The notes: generated by a model from the sequence alone, not told the origin. 64,000 nucleotides of DNA from an uncultured Planctomycetota bacterium (GCA_963737655.1 CAVTTN010000002.1:1952001-2016000); one strand, 5' to 3'; shown: positions 1-10,896, numbered from the stretch's first letter. A program made the numbers and translations.

Positions 1-964
1 CGTCCAGGAGGCGGGCCATGTGGTCGACCTGGCGCTTGGCGATGTCGAGCGCCTCCTCGGTCGCCGCCGCGTCGCCGCGGTCCAGGCGGATGGACTCGAT
101 GGCGTTGGCGATCGGGGCGAGCGGGTTGCGCAGCTCGTGGGCCAGCATCGCCAGGAACTCGTCCTTGCGGCGGTCGGCGGCCGCCAGCTCCTCGGCCCGC
201 CGCCGGAGCGCCTCCTCGAGGCGCCTGCGGTCGGTGATGTCCGAGGCGATGCAGAGGCCCCCCTTGACGCTGCCGGACGCGTCGCGGATCGGATCGACGG
301 TGACGCGGAGCCACCGGTCGGCCAGGGTCAGCTCGACGGCCTCGCGCCGACCGCTGTCGAGCATGCGGAGGAAGGGCGAATCGTCGGGGGCGGGGGAGAC
401 GGGCAGGAGGTCGTGGATCGACTGCCCGGCGAGCTCGTCCCAGGGCTTCCCCAGGAGGCCCTCGATCGCGGCGTTGATCTGCACCGTCCGCCCGTCGCGG
501 TCCAGGAGGACGACGCCGTCGCTGATGGCGTCGAAGGTCACCTGCCACTGCCGGGTCGAGATCTGGGCCGCTTCCTCGGCCCGCCGCGCCCTCAGCAGCG
601 CGCGGACCGTGGCCACCAGCTCCAGCGGTTCCAGGACGTCGGTCAGGTAGCCGTCCGCGCCGCCCTCCAGGCCCTGGACCCGATCCTCGATGTCCACGAA
701 CGTGGTGGAGACGTGCAGGACGGGGATCGTCGAGGTCGCCGGGTCCTGCTTGATCCGCCGGCAGACCTCGAACCCGCTCATGTCCGGGAGCATGACATCG
801 AGGACGATCAGGGAGGGCTTCTCGACCGCCAGCCGCAGGGCGTCGGCGCCGGAATCCCCCTCGCGGATCGCGAACCCCGCCCTGCGGAGGATCTTGACGA
901 GGGAGTGGCGCTTGGCGTCGTCGTCGTCGATGATCAGGACGGTGTCGGGCGGCTCGCCGACCAT
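1..964 (-). CDS. Hybrid response regulator/PAS/histidine kinase, runs off the left edge
   Basis: Manual minus-strand translation from ATG at 964 gives MVGEPPDTVLIIDDDDAKRH (receiver), a PAS-like segment, then the HisKA H-box KDEFLAMLAHELRNPLAPI. Missing from the ORF track because it has no stop in the window. Confidence 0.88.
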   Translation of the reverse strand, partial: MVGEPPDTVLIIDDDDAKRHSLVKILRRAGFAIREGDSGADALRLAVEKPSLIVLDVMLPDMSGFEVCRRIKQDPATSTIPVLHVSTTFVDIEDRVQGLEGGADGYLTDVLEPLELVATVRALLRARRAEEAAQISTRQWQVTFDAISDGVVLLDRDGRTVQINAAIEGLLGKPWDELAGQSIHDLLPVSPAPDDSPFLRMLDSGRREAVELTLADRWLRVTVDPIRDASGSVKGGLCIASDITDRRRLEEALRRRAEELAAADRRKDEFLAMLAHELRNPLAPIANAIESIRLDRGDAAATEEALDIAKRQVDHMARLLD

Positions 965-965
965 G

Positions 966-3122
966 TCAGGACTCCGCGCCCGTGGGGGACAGGCTCAATC
1001 CGGCCCGGATCAGGGCATCCCGGATCGTCGCGAACGCGTCCTCCGCCGGGACGGGGGACTTGGAGAGGATCGCGGCCGACCGGGGGGCGAGCCGACGCCG
1101 GGCCTCTTCGCCCAGGTCCGCCGAGGTGTTGATGATGACCGGGACGTCCCTGGTCCGGTCGTCGGCCCTCAGCCGCTCCAGGACCTCGAAGCCGGTCATG
1201 TCGGCCAGGACCAGGTCGAGGAAGATCACGTCGGGCGGCGCCTCGCGGGCCTTGAGCAGGCCCTCCTCGCCGCTGGACGCCTCGACGATCGCGAATCGCC
1301 CCTGGGCGGTGAGCAGGGTCCGCAGCGCGAAGCGGTCGGCCTCCTCGTCGTCGATGAGCAGGACGGTGCCGTGAGGCCGGCCCTGCTGCATCGCGTGGAG
1401 GCGGCCCAGCAGCCACCCGGGCTCGATGGGCTTGAGGCAGAAGTCGGTGGCGCCGAGGGCCAGCGCCTGCTCCTTGCCGTCGACGACGGTCAGGACGAGG
1501 ATCGGGATGTCCCGGGTGGCCGCCTGGCCCTTCAGCTCGGAGAGCAGGGTCCATCCGCTCTCCGCGTCGAGGAGGACGTCGAGCAGGACGGCGGTGGGGC
1601 GGACCCGCCGGAGGATCCGCCGGGCCTCGCCGAGGCTCCGGGCCGGGAGGATCTGGAAGGCCGAGCCCGCCAGGGACCTCTCGCAGAGCAGGAGGTCCAC
1701 CGGGTCGTCCTCGACCAGCAGCACGGGGGAGCGGAGCGGGTCGAGGTTCCAGCGCGAGTCGGGCGTGGGGTCCGGATCCTCGGGGGCCGGGTAGGTCCGG
1801 GGGATGGCGGCGAGGAACGCCGAGCCGACCCCGGGTTCGCTCCGGACGGACACCCCGCCGCCGAGCAGCTCGGCCAGCTTGCGGGACAGGGGCAGGCCCA
1901 GGCCGGTCCCCTTCACCCGCCTCTGGACCGGCCCGTCGACCTGGCTGAACTCCTCGAAGACGCGACGCTGGTCCGCCGGGGCGATCCCGATCCCGGTGTC
2001 GGCCACCGCGAAGAGGACCGTGTCGCCGGGGCCCATCCTCGCCGAGAGCCGGATCTCGCCGCGCTCGGTGAATTTCGCGGCGTTGGAGAGGAAGTTGCGG
2101 AGGATCTGCGTGAGCTTGCCCTCGTCGGTGTGGAGCGTGGGGATCCCGGCCGGCTCCTCGATCACCAGGTCCACCGCCCCCGGGACGACCAGGGGCCGGG
2201 TCGTGCCCCGGAGGCCCTCGAACAGGTCGGCGACCTCGAAGGACTCGGTGCGGATGACGGCCTTGCCCGCCTCGACCTTCGCCAGGTCCAGCAGGTCGTT
2301 GACCAGCGCCGAGAGGCCCTCGGCCGCCTTGCGGATGAAGCCGACCTCCTTCTCCTGCTCGGCCGACAGCGCGCCGCTGCTGCCGTTCAGGAGGAATCCG
2401 GACATGCTCAGGATCGTGTTGAGCGGCGAGCGGAATTCGTGGCTCATGTTCGACAGGAAGCGGGTCTTCAGATCGGAGATGCGCCGCAGGTCCTTGGCGT
2501 TCTCGTCGAGCTCGGAATAGAGGGCGACCACGCCCCGATTGGTCTCGTCCAGCTCGCGGTTGTGGAGCTCGGCGAGCTCGGCCTGGCGGTCGCGGAGCTC
2601 CTGGAGGGTGCGGAGCAGCTCCTGGTTCTGCACCTGGAGCTCGTCGAGCAGGCCCTGCGGCTTCTGCTGGGCCAGCTCGGCCGAGAGCCGCGCCAGGTCC
2701 TGCGTGTTGAACGAAACGTCGCGCCTCGGCAGGCCCTTGACCATCGTGACGGCGGCCCCGCCTTCGGACGTCTCGACCTCGAACGTGTCCATCAGGCGCT
2801 TGGCGCCGACGATCCCCAGGCCCAGGCCGTGCGGCGACTCGTAGCGGCCGTCGAGGATCGCCTGCAGGTCCTTGATCCCCGGGCCCCGCTCCCGGACGCG
2901 GATCAAGAGCCCGGTCGGCGGCCCCGAGGCGACCTGGAACTCGACCCGGCCGCCGCCGGCGTACTGGAACGCGTTGCGGGCGATCTCCGAGACCGCCGTG
3001 GCGATGCGCGTCTGGTCGAGCGGGGCGAAGCCCAGCAGGCCGGCGATCTGGCGGGCCCTCTGCCGGGCCAGGACGACGTCGGGCTCCACCCGGACCTCGA
3101 TCGTCAGGAGCGGGAAGTTCAT
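966..3122 (-). CDS. Hybrid sensor histidine kinase: N-terminal RsbT-like ATPase domain, HisKA/HATPase, two receiver domains
   Basis: Starts MNFPLL; ATAVSEIARNA (anti-sigma ATPase N-box), FLSNMSHEFRSPL (H-box), NFLSNAAKFT, DTGIGI, GTGLGL, two receiver starts (VLLVEDD, VLLIDD). Confidence 0.9.
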   Translation of the reverse strand: MNFPLLTIEVRVEPDVVLARQRARQIAGLLGFAPLDQTRIATAVSEIARNAFQYAGGGRVEFQVASGPPTGLLIRVRERGPGIKDLQAILDGRYESPHGLGLGIVGAKRLMDTFEVETSEGGAAVTMVKGLPRRDVSFNTQDLARLSAELAQQKPQGLLDELQVQNQELLRTLQELRDRQAELAELHNRELDETNRGVVALYSELDENAKDLRRISDLKTRFLSNMSHEFRSPLNTILSMSGFLLNGSSGALSAEQEKEVGFIRKAAEGLSALVNDLLDLAKVEAGKAVIRTESFEVADLFEGLRGTTRPLVVPGAVDLVIEEPAGIPTLHTDEGKLTQILRNFLSNAAKFTERGEIRLSARMGPGDTVLFAVADTGIGIAPADQRRVFEEFSQVDGPVQRRVKGTGLGLPLSRKLAELLGGGVSVRSEPGVGSAFLAAIPRTYPAPEDPDPTPDSRWNLDPLRSPVLLVEDDPVDLLLCERSLAGSAFQILPARSLGEARRILRRVRPTAVLLDVLLDAESGWTLLSELKGQAATRDIPILVLTVVDGKEQALALGATDFCLKPIEPGWLLGRLHAMQQGRPHGTVLLIDDEEADRFALRTLLTAQGRFAIVEASSGEEGLLKAREAPPDVIFLDLVLADMTGFEVLERLRADDRTRDVPVIINTSADLGEEARRRLAPRSAAILSKSPVPAEDAFATIRDALIRAGLSLSPTGAES

Positions 3123-4158
3123 CGGCCGCCCGCGCTCCCTTCCCGGACCGCGACGACCGTGACGTCGTCGCGGCCTCGCTTGAAGTCGCGGTACAGCGCC
3201 CCGGCGATCAGCCCGGGGTGCCGGGAGGCCAGCCCGGCGGAGCGGCCGAGCTGCCAATGGGTGGCCAGGCCGTCGGAGTGCATCACGAGCAGCGAGCCGG
3301 GTGCCCAGGGATAGAGGAATTCCTGGACCTTGCGAATCGTGTGCCCCACCGTGCCGTTGTGCGACACCATGCTCACGCTCCGCTCCTCCCCGGCGCCCAG
3401 GACGACGCCCGCGATGTTGCCGACGCCGGCGTATCGGACCTCGCCCCGATCCGGGTCGATCTGGGCGACCGCCAGGGCGGCCCCTCGCGTGCTGCGGAGG
3501 GCGGCGTGGGCGGCGTGGATGATCTCGGCCGGTCCGAGCGCCGCCCTCTCCCCGAAGACGCGGACGGCCTCGCGGGCCGCCTCGGCCGCCTGGGGCCCGT
3601 GCCCCAGCCCGTCGGCGACGAGCAGGAGGGTCTGGCCCGCGACCTCCGCGATCGCCCAGTGGTCGCCGCAGACCTCCTCCCCGGCCAGGGGGAGGCTCAC
3701 GGCCCCGAACTCCGGCCCGGGGCCCGCAGACGCTCCGCATCGGCGGGGTCCGACCAGAGCCGGGCCAGCGTCGCCGTCCCGACCCCGGGCAGCGAGTGGA
3801 TGTCGAAGGTCGCCGAGAGGCGGGCCATGGCGCCGAGGCCCGTGCCGGCGGACCCGGCGGTGGAATAGCCGTCGGCGAGGCAGCGGCCGACGTCCGCCAT
3901 CCCCGGCCCCGGGTCCAGGGCCAGGATGTCCACCCCCGCGTTGGCCCCGCGCTCCAGCCCCTGGATGACGATGACGCCGCCCCGGGCGTGCTTGAAGAGG
4001 TTGGTCGCCGCCTCGGTGGCGACGATGCCCACCTTGCCGCGCCCCGTCTCGTCGAAGTCGAGCCGCCCGGCCATCGCCGTCGCCGCACGACGGGCCTCGC
4101 CGGCGGCGGTCACGTCGTCGATCGCCAGGATGACCGGCCGGCCCGAGGGGATGATCAC
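3119..4158 (-). CDS. Anti-sigma-type ATPase fused to a SpoIIE/PP2C phosphatase (RsbX-like), split by a frameshift near 3720
   Basis: First half ATEAATNLFKH...DPGPGM...GTGLG; second half CGD, VADGLGHG, MHSDGL, RDDVTV (PP2C motifs). The halves abut in different frames. Confidence 0.8.
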
Positions 4159-4559
4159 TTCCACCTCGTGATCGCGACGCGGGTGCCCTCGCCGACTCGC
4201 GAGTCGAGCTCGAACTCGTTGACCAGCCGCTTCGATCCGCTCAGACCCATGCCCATCCCCTTCCCGGTGGTGTAGCCGTCGGTCAGCGCCTTCTCGATGT
4301 CGGGGATGCCCGGCCCCTGGTCCTCGAAGGTCAGCTTCAGGCCCTTGCGGATCCCCTCCTGCAGCGCCTCCAGTCGCACGGTCCCGCCGCGGCCGTAATC
4401 CAGCGTGTTGCGTGCCAACTCGCTGGCGGCCGTGATCATCTTGGTCTGGTCCACCAGGCTGAAGCCGAGCTCGATGGACCACTTGCGCACGGCCTGGCGG
4501 ACCAGCACCACGTGGTCGGACACCCGGATCTCCATGACGTCATCCTTCGTCACGACCAT
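4155..4559 (-). CDS. rsbT: Stressosome kinase RsbT
   Basis: ITAASELARN, FEDQGPGI, GMGMGLSG; follows rsbS. Confidence 0.9.
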   Translation of the reverse strand: MVVTKDDVMEIRVSDHVVLVRQAVRKWSIELGFSLVDQTKMITAASELARNTLDYGRGGTVRLEALQEGIRKGLKLTFEDQGPGIPDIEKALTDGYTTGKGMGMGLSGSKRLVNEFELDSRVGEGTRVAITRWK

Positions 4560-4935
4560 CGGCGTCCTCCCCGTGCCGCCCTCGCGTCGCGACGCGCAGG
4601 AGGACCATCCCCTTCTCGACGTCCAGCGCCGTGCGGACCCCGGCCAGCGACAGGCCGAGCTCGACCAGGGTGATGGCGACGGCCGGCCTCATGCCGACGA
4701 CGACCGTCTCGGCGTCGAGGACGCGGGACATCGCGGCGATGTTGCCGATCATCCGCCCGATGAAGGAATCGACCATGTCCAGCGAGGAGATGTCGATCAG
4801 GACGCCGTAGGCGCCGCTGTCGGAGATCATCGTGGTGAGGTCGTCCTGGAGCGTGGTCACCAGGCGGTCGTGCATGTCCACCTGGATCGTCACGATCAGG
4901 AATCCGCCCATCTTGAGGATCGGGATGCGTTCCAT
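4540..4935 (-). CDS. rsbS: STAS protein RsbS
   Basis: IPILKMG...VLIDISSLDMVDSF...GMRPAVAITLVELG, a single STAS domain between rsbR and rsbT. Confidence 0.9.
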   Translation of the reverse strand: MERIPILKMGGFLIVTIQVDMHDRLVTTLQDDLTTMISDSGAYGVLIDISSLDMVDSFIGRMIGNIAAMSRVLDAETVVVGMRPAVAITLVELGLSLAGVRTALDVEKGMVLLRVATRGRHGEDADGRDEG

Positions 4936-4948
4936 CGGGGCGGTCTCC

Positions 4949-5814
4949 TCAGGAGGCGGCCTGGACGCGACGGACCACGCGCCCGGTCCGTTCCAGGGCG
5001 ACGGCCAGCGCGTCGGCGAGCGTGGCCTTGGTCGTGATGTCGCCGAGGTCCACGCCGAGGTGGACGATCGTCTGGGCGATCTGGGGCCGGATGCCGCTGA
5101 TGATGCACTCGGCCCCCATCAGCCGGGCGGCGGTGACCGTCTTCAGGAGGTGCTGCGCCGTGAGCGTATCGACCGTCGGCACGCCCGTGATGTCGATGAT
5201 GGCGATGCTCGAGCCCGTCTCGACGATCCGCTGCAGGAGGGACTCCATCACGACCTGGGTCCGGCGCTGTCGAGCGTGCCGATCATCGGCAGGGCCAGGA
5301 TGCCCTCCCACAGCTTCACCACCGGCGTGGAGAGCTCGAGCATCTCCTGCTGCTGCCTGGCGATGATCTCCTCCCGCGCCTTCTGGTTGATCTCGGTGGT
5401 GTACAGGCCGAGGCTGTCCAGCATCTCGGTGGCCGACCAGGAGACTAGGGCGAGGGCCTCGGCGTCGTGGGCGAACTCGCGGCCCAGGCGCGAGAACAAC
5501 GGCCTCTTGAGGGAGAACACGAAGGATGCCGTCTCCGACGGCGTGAAGCCCTGGAGGCTGCGCGACCGGGAGAGGTCGGCCAGCATCTGCCGAACCCCGC
5601 TCCACCCGGGCCCCTGGGTGTCCCCGGGGCGCCCGTCCTTCACGGCGGCCCTGAGCAGCGCGAGGAACTCCTTGCTCTGGTCCCGGAGTTCCGAGTCCTT
5701 GATCGACCCCGCCCGGCGGGGTGCCCCGGCCGCCTGCTCCTTGACCCATTCGGCCAGTAGGTCCGCCTCGTTGCTCGCGAGGACCTCCGATAGCCCCTTC
5801 TCGTTCTTGCTCAT
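4949..5814 (-). CDS. rsbR: Stressosome protein RsbR (N-terminal sensory domain + STAS), 1-bp frameshift near 5262
   Basis: MSKNEKG...ELSTPVVKLWEGILALPMIGTLDS in one frame; RTQVVMESLL...DITGVPTVDT...SGIRPQIAQT continues in the next frame. Confidence 0.85.
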
Positions 5815-6394
5815 CTTGAACCCGACTCCTGACGGAATTGTAGGGCGGCGATGCCCAGGCCGCTTCCGCTTCCTCGTCCCGACGTTCGAACGGGGGCGGC
5901 CGTTCCGGATCCTGACCGGCGGCGCCGGCCTCTCGCGAACCGTGGACGCCTCTCGGACGAACCGAGGCCCCGCCCCGCCCCGCCGCGGGCCGGCCGTGGG
6001 CCCTCGCGTCGAACGACACTCCCGCCCTCGCCCCTCGCTCCCCGAACGAGAAAAATGCAATGATACGTCCGGGCTCGACTCAAGTCCAGGTCATGAGGCC
6101 CACGACGGCCCTTCAGAACCCTGTATGTTGACATAAACGAAGCTTCGTTCTCCGGGGTCGTGGCTCGGTGGGGAGCTGGGTCAAGGCTTGTCCCGATAGA
6201 AAAGTATCATGCTTGCTCTGGAGAATACCCCGTTGGGAGTCAGGAGTTGAGTCGGCCCGACTCGATCGGCCCCTTCAATCGGGGTATTCTAGAACACAAA
6301 TCCCACTCCTCCGACCGTCGCGGCTTCGCGTCGCCATCGAGAATTCGCCCGGCCGGTTCGAGTCGGAACCGAGACACGGCCGGGCTCGGGCCGA

Positions 6395-7714
6395 TCAGGC
6401 CCCGAGGCCGAACCCCGGTCGGTACGTTTTGCGGATCAAAGGCTCGGCCTCCGGGGCGTTCCGGGCGGCCATCGCCGCGGAGTCCCACTCGATCCTCTTC
6501 TGGAGCCTCAGGGCGAGATTGCCGACGAGCAGCGCCTCGGTGAACGGCCCGGAGTAGGCGAACCCGGCCCTGGCGTCTTCCGGCTTGTGGTCCTTGCACG
6601 CCTGGATCCACTCGGGGCGATGGCCGATCGAGCGCGGGATCGTCGCCGGAGGGGTGCGGAACGCCTCGCGGAGGGGCAGGGGATAGAGCGTCGGCGGCCC
6701 CGACCATCCCCCGCAGACCATCGTCCCCCGGTCGCCGACGAAGTAGATCCCGTTGTCGCCGAGGCCCACGTCGGCGGGCAGGTCCTTCGGCTTCGGCGGC
6801 ATCTTCCCGCCGTCGTACCAGGTGATCGTCACGGCCGGCCGGTCCCCCCGGGCGGCGAACTCGTACCGGAGGATCGTCCAGAGGGGGTACGATTCGGCCT
6901 TCAGGCCGGAGGTCTGCGCCTCGGCGGCGGTCGGGGCGCCGAGGTCCAGGGCGTAGAAGGCCGGGTCCATGTTGTGGATGGCCATGTCGCCCAGGGCGCC
7001 GGTGCCGAAGTCGAACCAGCCTCGCCAGTCGTGGGGGTGGTAGAGCCGGGAATACGGCCGGGCCGGCGCCGCGCCGAGGAAGAGGTCCCAGTCCAGCCCC
7101 GGGGGGACCGGCGGCCTCTCGGTGGGTCGGTCGTGGTTCTGAACCCACCACTTGCCCGGCCGGTCGGACCAGCAATGGATCTCGCGGACCGGCCCGATCG
7201 CGCCGGCCTGGAGCCATTCGCGGGTCAGGCGGAGGCCCTCCCCGGCGTGGCCGTTGTTGCCCATCTGGGTGACCAGGCCCGTCTCCCGGGCGACCCGGGT
7301 CATCACCCGGGCCTCCTCGATCGAATGGGCCATCGGCTTCTCGACGTACACGTGCTTGCCCGCCCGGAGCGCCGCGAGGGCGATCGGGGCGTGCATGTGG
7401 TCGGGCGTGGCGATCATCACGGCGTCGAGGTCGCGCCGCTTGTCCAGGAGGGCGCGATAGTCGCGGTGGACCTCGGCCCGGGGGAACGCCTTGAACGTGC
7501 CGGCGGCCTTGTTCGAGTCCACGTCGCAGAGGGCGACGATGTTCTCGGTGGCCATCTCGCGGATCACGCCGCCCCCCTGGCCGCCGACGCCGATCCCGGC
7601 GAGGTTCAGCTTCTCGCTCGGCGGCGTGAACCCGCGGCCCAGGACGTGCCGAGGCACGACATGGAAGGCGAACGCGGCCCCGCCTACGGCCTGGAGCAAG
7701 CGACGACGATTCAT
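6395..7714 (-). CDS. Gfo/Idh/MocA family oxidoreductase with Tat-like signal
   Basis: MNRRRLL signal, GIGVGGQG, ATPDHMH, VYVEKP, GDMAIH. Confidence 0.9.
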   Translation of the reverse strand: MNRRRLLQAVGGAAFAFHVVPRHVLGRGFTPPSEKLNLAGIGVGGQGGGVIREMATENIVALCDVDSNKAAGTFKAFPRAEVHRDYRALLDKRRDLDAVMIATPDHMHAPIALAALRAGKHVYVEKPMAHSIEEARVMTRVARETGLVTQMGNNGHAGEGLRLTREWLQAGAIGPVREIHCWSDRPGKWWVQNHDRPTERPPVPPGLDWDLFLGAAPARPYSRLYHPHDWRGWFDFGTGALGDMAIHNMDPAFYALDLGAPTAAEAQTSGLKAESYPLWTILRYEFAARGDRPAVTITWYDGGKMPPKPKDLPADVGLGDNGIYFVGDRGTMVCGGWSGPPTLYPLPLREAFRTPPATIPRSIGHRPEWIQACKDHKPEDARAGFAYSGPFTEALLVGNLALRLQKRIEWDSAAMAARNAPEAEPLIRKTYRPGFGLGA

Positions 7715-8282
7715 GAGCGAGGGCCTCCCCGGGCCGAGGGCCCCGGCCCGGACGGACTTCGGACGATCCCCAATGCGAGCCGCAGCATAAAGCAGCCCGG
7801 CCGTCCGGGCAAGGCACTGGCGGGCCGCCCCGAGGCCCCCGGCCCGAGACGCGCATGATCTTGACGAAATCCGCGCATAGACGTCGGAAAGCCCGGAGGC
7901 GAGGCCGTCCGAGCCGTCGGCGCCGTGCCGGCTCGGCCCCCGGTCCGTGTTTCGGACGATCTCGACACACGCCCGGATGACGCCGCCTCTGCCGGGGACC
8001 TCCACGAAAGCGGAGGCGCCGACAACGTTTCCGGCGAAAACCCTCCCCGCCCCCTTACAATCATGCCATTCGCTACTAAAGCTGTTGTCGTCACAGGCCG
8101 ATCCCTTCATCGTCCCCCACTGGCGTCGGCGATCGGTGCGCCGGCTAGCAACGCTCAGGGTGAGCCCTGCACGAGCCAGGAGTTGACGGCCTTCTGCTCG
8201 TCCGGCGGGATCGTAGACGAGCGAAAACTCCTCAAGGGCGAGGCGGATGAACCACCAGGCCAGGATTTCGAATGCGAGATCG

Positions 8283-10202
8283 ATGGGGCGCGTGATCGCC
8301 AGGGCGATCGCTTGCGGCCTCATGTTGCTCGTCCTGCCGTCGTGCGGAATCCCCCCGCTCCGCCGGGCGGAGCCGGGGCCGCTCCTGCCGCCGGACCCGC
8401 CGGGGGCGGCCGGCGCGGAGAACTCGGCCCAGCTCGGGATCGAGGAGTTCTACGACGATCGAATGCTGACGTGCTTGATCGAGAAGGCCCTGCTCGACAA
8501 TCGGGAGCTGAAGAACCTCAACGAGGACATCCTGATCGCCAGCAACGAGATCCTCGCGCGGTCCGGGGCGTACCTCCCGTTCATCAGCGTCGGGGCCGGG
8601 GCGGGCCTGAACCGGGCCAGCCGCTTCACGGTCGAGGGTGCCGGCATCCTCAGCGACCCGTATCTGCCGGGCAGGTTCTTCTCCCTGGCCCACGGCAACT
8701 TCGGGACGGGCATCAACCTCGCCTGGCAGTTGGACATCTACCGCCAGTTGCGCAATGCCCGGGACGCGGCCGCGGAGCGCTACGTGGTCGCCTGCGAGAG
8801 GCGGAACTACTTCGTGACTCGCCTGGTCGCGGACATCGCCGAGAATTATTACCGGCTGATGGCGCTGGACAAGCGCCTGGAGAACCTCGACCAGATCATC
8901 GCGCTCCAGGAGCAGAGCCTCAAGATCGCCGTGGCCCTGAAGGACGCCGCCCACGGCACCGAGCTGGGCGTCCTGCGGTTCCAGGCCGAGGTCCAGAGGA
9001 ACCAGAGCGAGAAGCTGATCGTCAACCAGTCGATCATCGAGGGCGAGAACCGCATCAACTACCTGGTCAATCGCGTGCCGCAGCGGGTCGAGCGCGTGTC
9101 GGCGGGATTCTACGACCTGAGCATCCACGCGCTGAACCTCGGGGTGCCCTCGCAGCTCCTCCAGAACCGCCCCGACATCCGCCAGGCCGAGCGCGAGCTG
9201 GCGGCCACCGGGCTCGACGTGAAGGTCGCCCGGGTGAACTTCTTCCCCCAGCTGGTGATCAGCGGCGGCACGGGCATCCAGTCGCTCCTGATCAATCATC
9301 TCTTCGAGCCCCAGGCCGTGATCGGCGACCTGGCCGCCGGCCTGGTCGGGCCTCTGGTCAACAAGCGGTTGATCCGGGCCCAGTACCTCACCGCCAACGC
9401 CAGGCAGTTGCAGGCCATCTACAACTACCAGCGAGTCATCCTCAACGCCTTCACCGAGGTGGTCAACCGGGTGAACATGGTGGAGAACTACAGCCGGAGC
9501 ATCGAGATCAAGAAGCAGCAGCTGCAATCGCTCGAGGCCGCGGTCAAGGTCGCCGGCGACCTCTTCTTCAACGCCCGGACCGAATACATCGACGTGCTCT
9601 TCGCCCAGCGCGACCTCCGGGACGCCCGGGTGGCCCTGATCGAGACCAAGACCGAGCAACTGGCCGCCATCGTGAACACCTATCAGGCCCTCGGCGGCGG
9701 TGCGCTCGCGATGTCCACCCCGGAAAACTTCCAGGGCCAGTTCCCCTATGCCCACACGGTCCGCGCCGGCGACAACTTCTGGACGATCTCGCTGCTCTAT
9801 TACAAGTCGGGCCGGTATTGCAAGGCGCTGTGGGCGGCCAACAGGAACGTCGTCCCCGCGTTCGACCGCCTGGCCGTGGGCACCAAGATCCTCATCCCCG
9901 CGGTCGGCCAGCTCGACCCGGCCCAGATCGAGCCGGTCGCCGATCCCCTGCCGCCGCTCCCCCAGCTGGCGCCCGGCGACCGGCCGGCGGTCGTCCCGCC
10001 GCCTCCGGCGAACCTGCCCGGCCCGTTCGCCCCTCCGCCTCCGGCCGCGGCCGGCGACCGGCCGGTGGTCATCCCCCCGCCGCCTCCGGCGAACCTGCCC
10101 GGCCCGCTCGGGCGGAGGGGGACGGGAGACCCCGCCGTCCAGACCACCGGCCTCGCCCAGGCCCCCGCAGCCCCCCAAAAGCCCGCGACGACGGGGAAGT
10201 GA
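8283..10202 (+). CDS. TolC/OprM-family outer-membrane efflux lipoprotein with C-terminal LysM domain and Pro-rich tail
   Basis: Lipobox LVLPSC, WQLDIY, PSQLLQNRPDIRQAE, YQALGGG, then HTVRAGDNFWTIS...GTKILIP. An alternative start lies at 8247. Confidence 0.88.
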   Translation: MGRVIARAIACGLMLLVLPSCGIPPLRRAEPGPLLPPDPPGAAGAENSAQLGIEEFYDDRMLTCLIEKALLDNRELKNLNEDILIASNEILARSGAYLPFISVGAGAGLNRASRFTVEGAGILSDPYLPGRFFSLAHGNFGTGINLAWQLDIYRQLRNARDAAAERYVVACERRNYFVTRLVADIAENYYRLMALDKRLENLDQIIALQEQSLKIAVALKDAAHGTELGVLRFQAEVQRNQSEKLIVNQSIIEGENRINYLVNRVPQRVERVSAGFYDLSIHALNLGVPSQLLQNRPDIRQAERELAATGLDVKVARVNFFPQLVISGGTGIQSLLINHLFEPQAVIGDLAAGLVGPLVNKRLIRAQYLTANARQLQAIYNYQRVILNAFTEVVNRVNMVENYSRSIEIKKQQLQSLEAAVKVAGDLFFNARTEYIDVLFAQRDLRDARVALIETKTEQLAAIVNTYQALGGGALAMSTPENFQGQFPYAHTVRAGDNFWTISLLYYKSGRYCKALWAANRNVVPAFDRLAVGTKILIPAVGQLDPAQIEPVADPLPPLPQLAPGDRPAVVPPPPANLPGPFAPPPPAAAGDRPVVIPPPPPANLPGPLGRRGTGDPAVQTTGLAQAPAAPQKPATTGK

Positions 10203-10268
10203 CCGGCCGGGCCGGGGCCCGGGCGGCCATCCCCCCGGGCCCCGCCAAGATGGGGCGTCCGCGACCGG

Positions 10269-10583
10269 TCAGCCCTCCCGGCCCGCCGGATCGAGCCGGT
10301 CGGGCCGGAGGATGAGCTCGAGCAGCACGCCCACCTCGCGGTGCGCCTCGACGGCATGCCTCAGCGGGCGGTCCGGGTGCACCTCGTAGTGATTGCGCCG
10401 ACCCTGTCGCGAGCGCGAGAGGTATCCCCCCTCCTCGAGGTCGGCCACGATCCGCTGGACGGCCCTCTCGGTGATCCCCACCCGATCGGCCACGTCCCGG
10501 AGTCGCACCGCGGGCTCTTTGGCGACGCAGAGGAGCACGTGGGCGTGATTGCTCAGGAATGTCCACCCTGGACCGTTTGTCAT
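10269..10583 (-). CDS. Winged-helix (MarR/ArsR-like) transcriptional regulator
   Basis: WTFLSNHAHVL...LRDVADRVGITERAVQRIVADLEEGGYL...GRRNHY. Confidence 0.85.
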   Translation of the reverse strand: MTNGPGWTFLSNHAHVLLCVAKEPAVRLRDVADRVGITERAVQRIVADLEEGGYLSRSRQGRRNHYEVHPDRPLRHAVEAHREVGVLLELILRPDRLDPAGREG

Positions 10584-10867
10584 CGCTGGAACACCCACCC
10601 GGGGCCGATCCGTTCTTGACGTGCGGGCCGATTGGAGGGCGTCCGATCCTCCGAGGGAGGCCCCCGACCGGCCCCCGAAGCCCCTCCCAGGGACGTTTCC
10701 TTCTCGGTGGACGATTCTTCCGAAGACGTTTGGGTGGCACGGGTTCCGAGGACGGGACCCGCGAGGGCCGTCCCACGGGTCCCGACGACGGGGCCCGCGC
10801 CAACCAAGTCCCTCTCGGCCGAAACCCCTCGGAACGTGAAACGGCCCGGAAGCCCCACCGCCTCTGC

Positions 10868-10896
10868 TTGACTTTCTTTTGGGGCGGCGGTATAAA
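10868..10896 (+). promoter_or_regulatory. Sigma70-like promoter upstream of the RND genes
   Basis: TTGACT-17 bp-TATAAA in an otherwise GC-rich intergenic region. Confidence 0.6.

Noticed and set aside
690..3314. Long antisense ORFs (also 12832-15573, 8232-10178, 45983-48292 and others)
   Set aside because: Shadow frames opposite well-supported genes in high-GC DNA.
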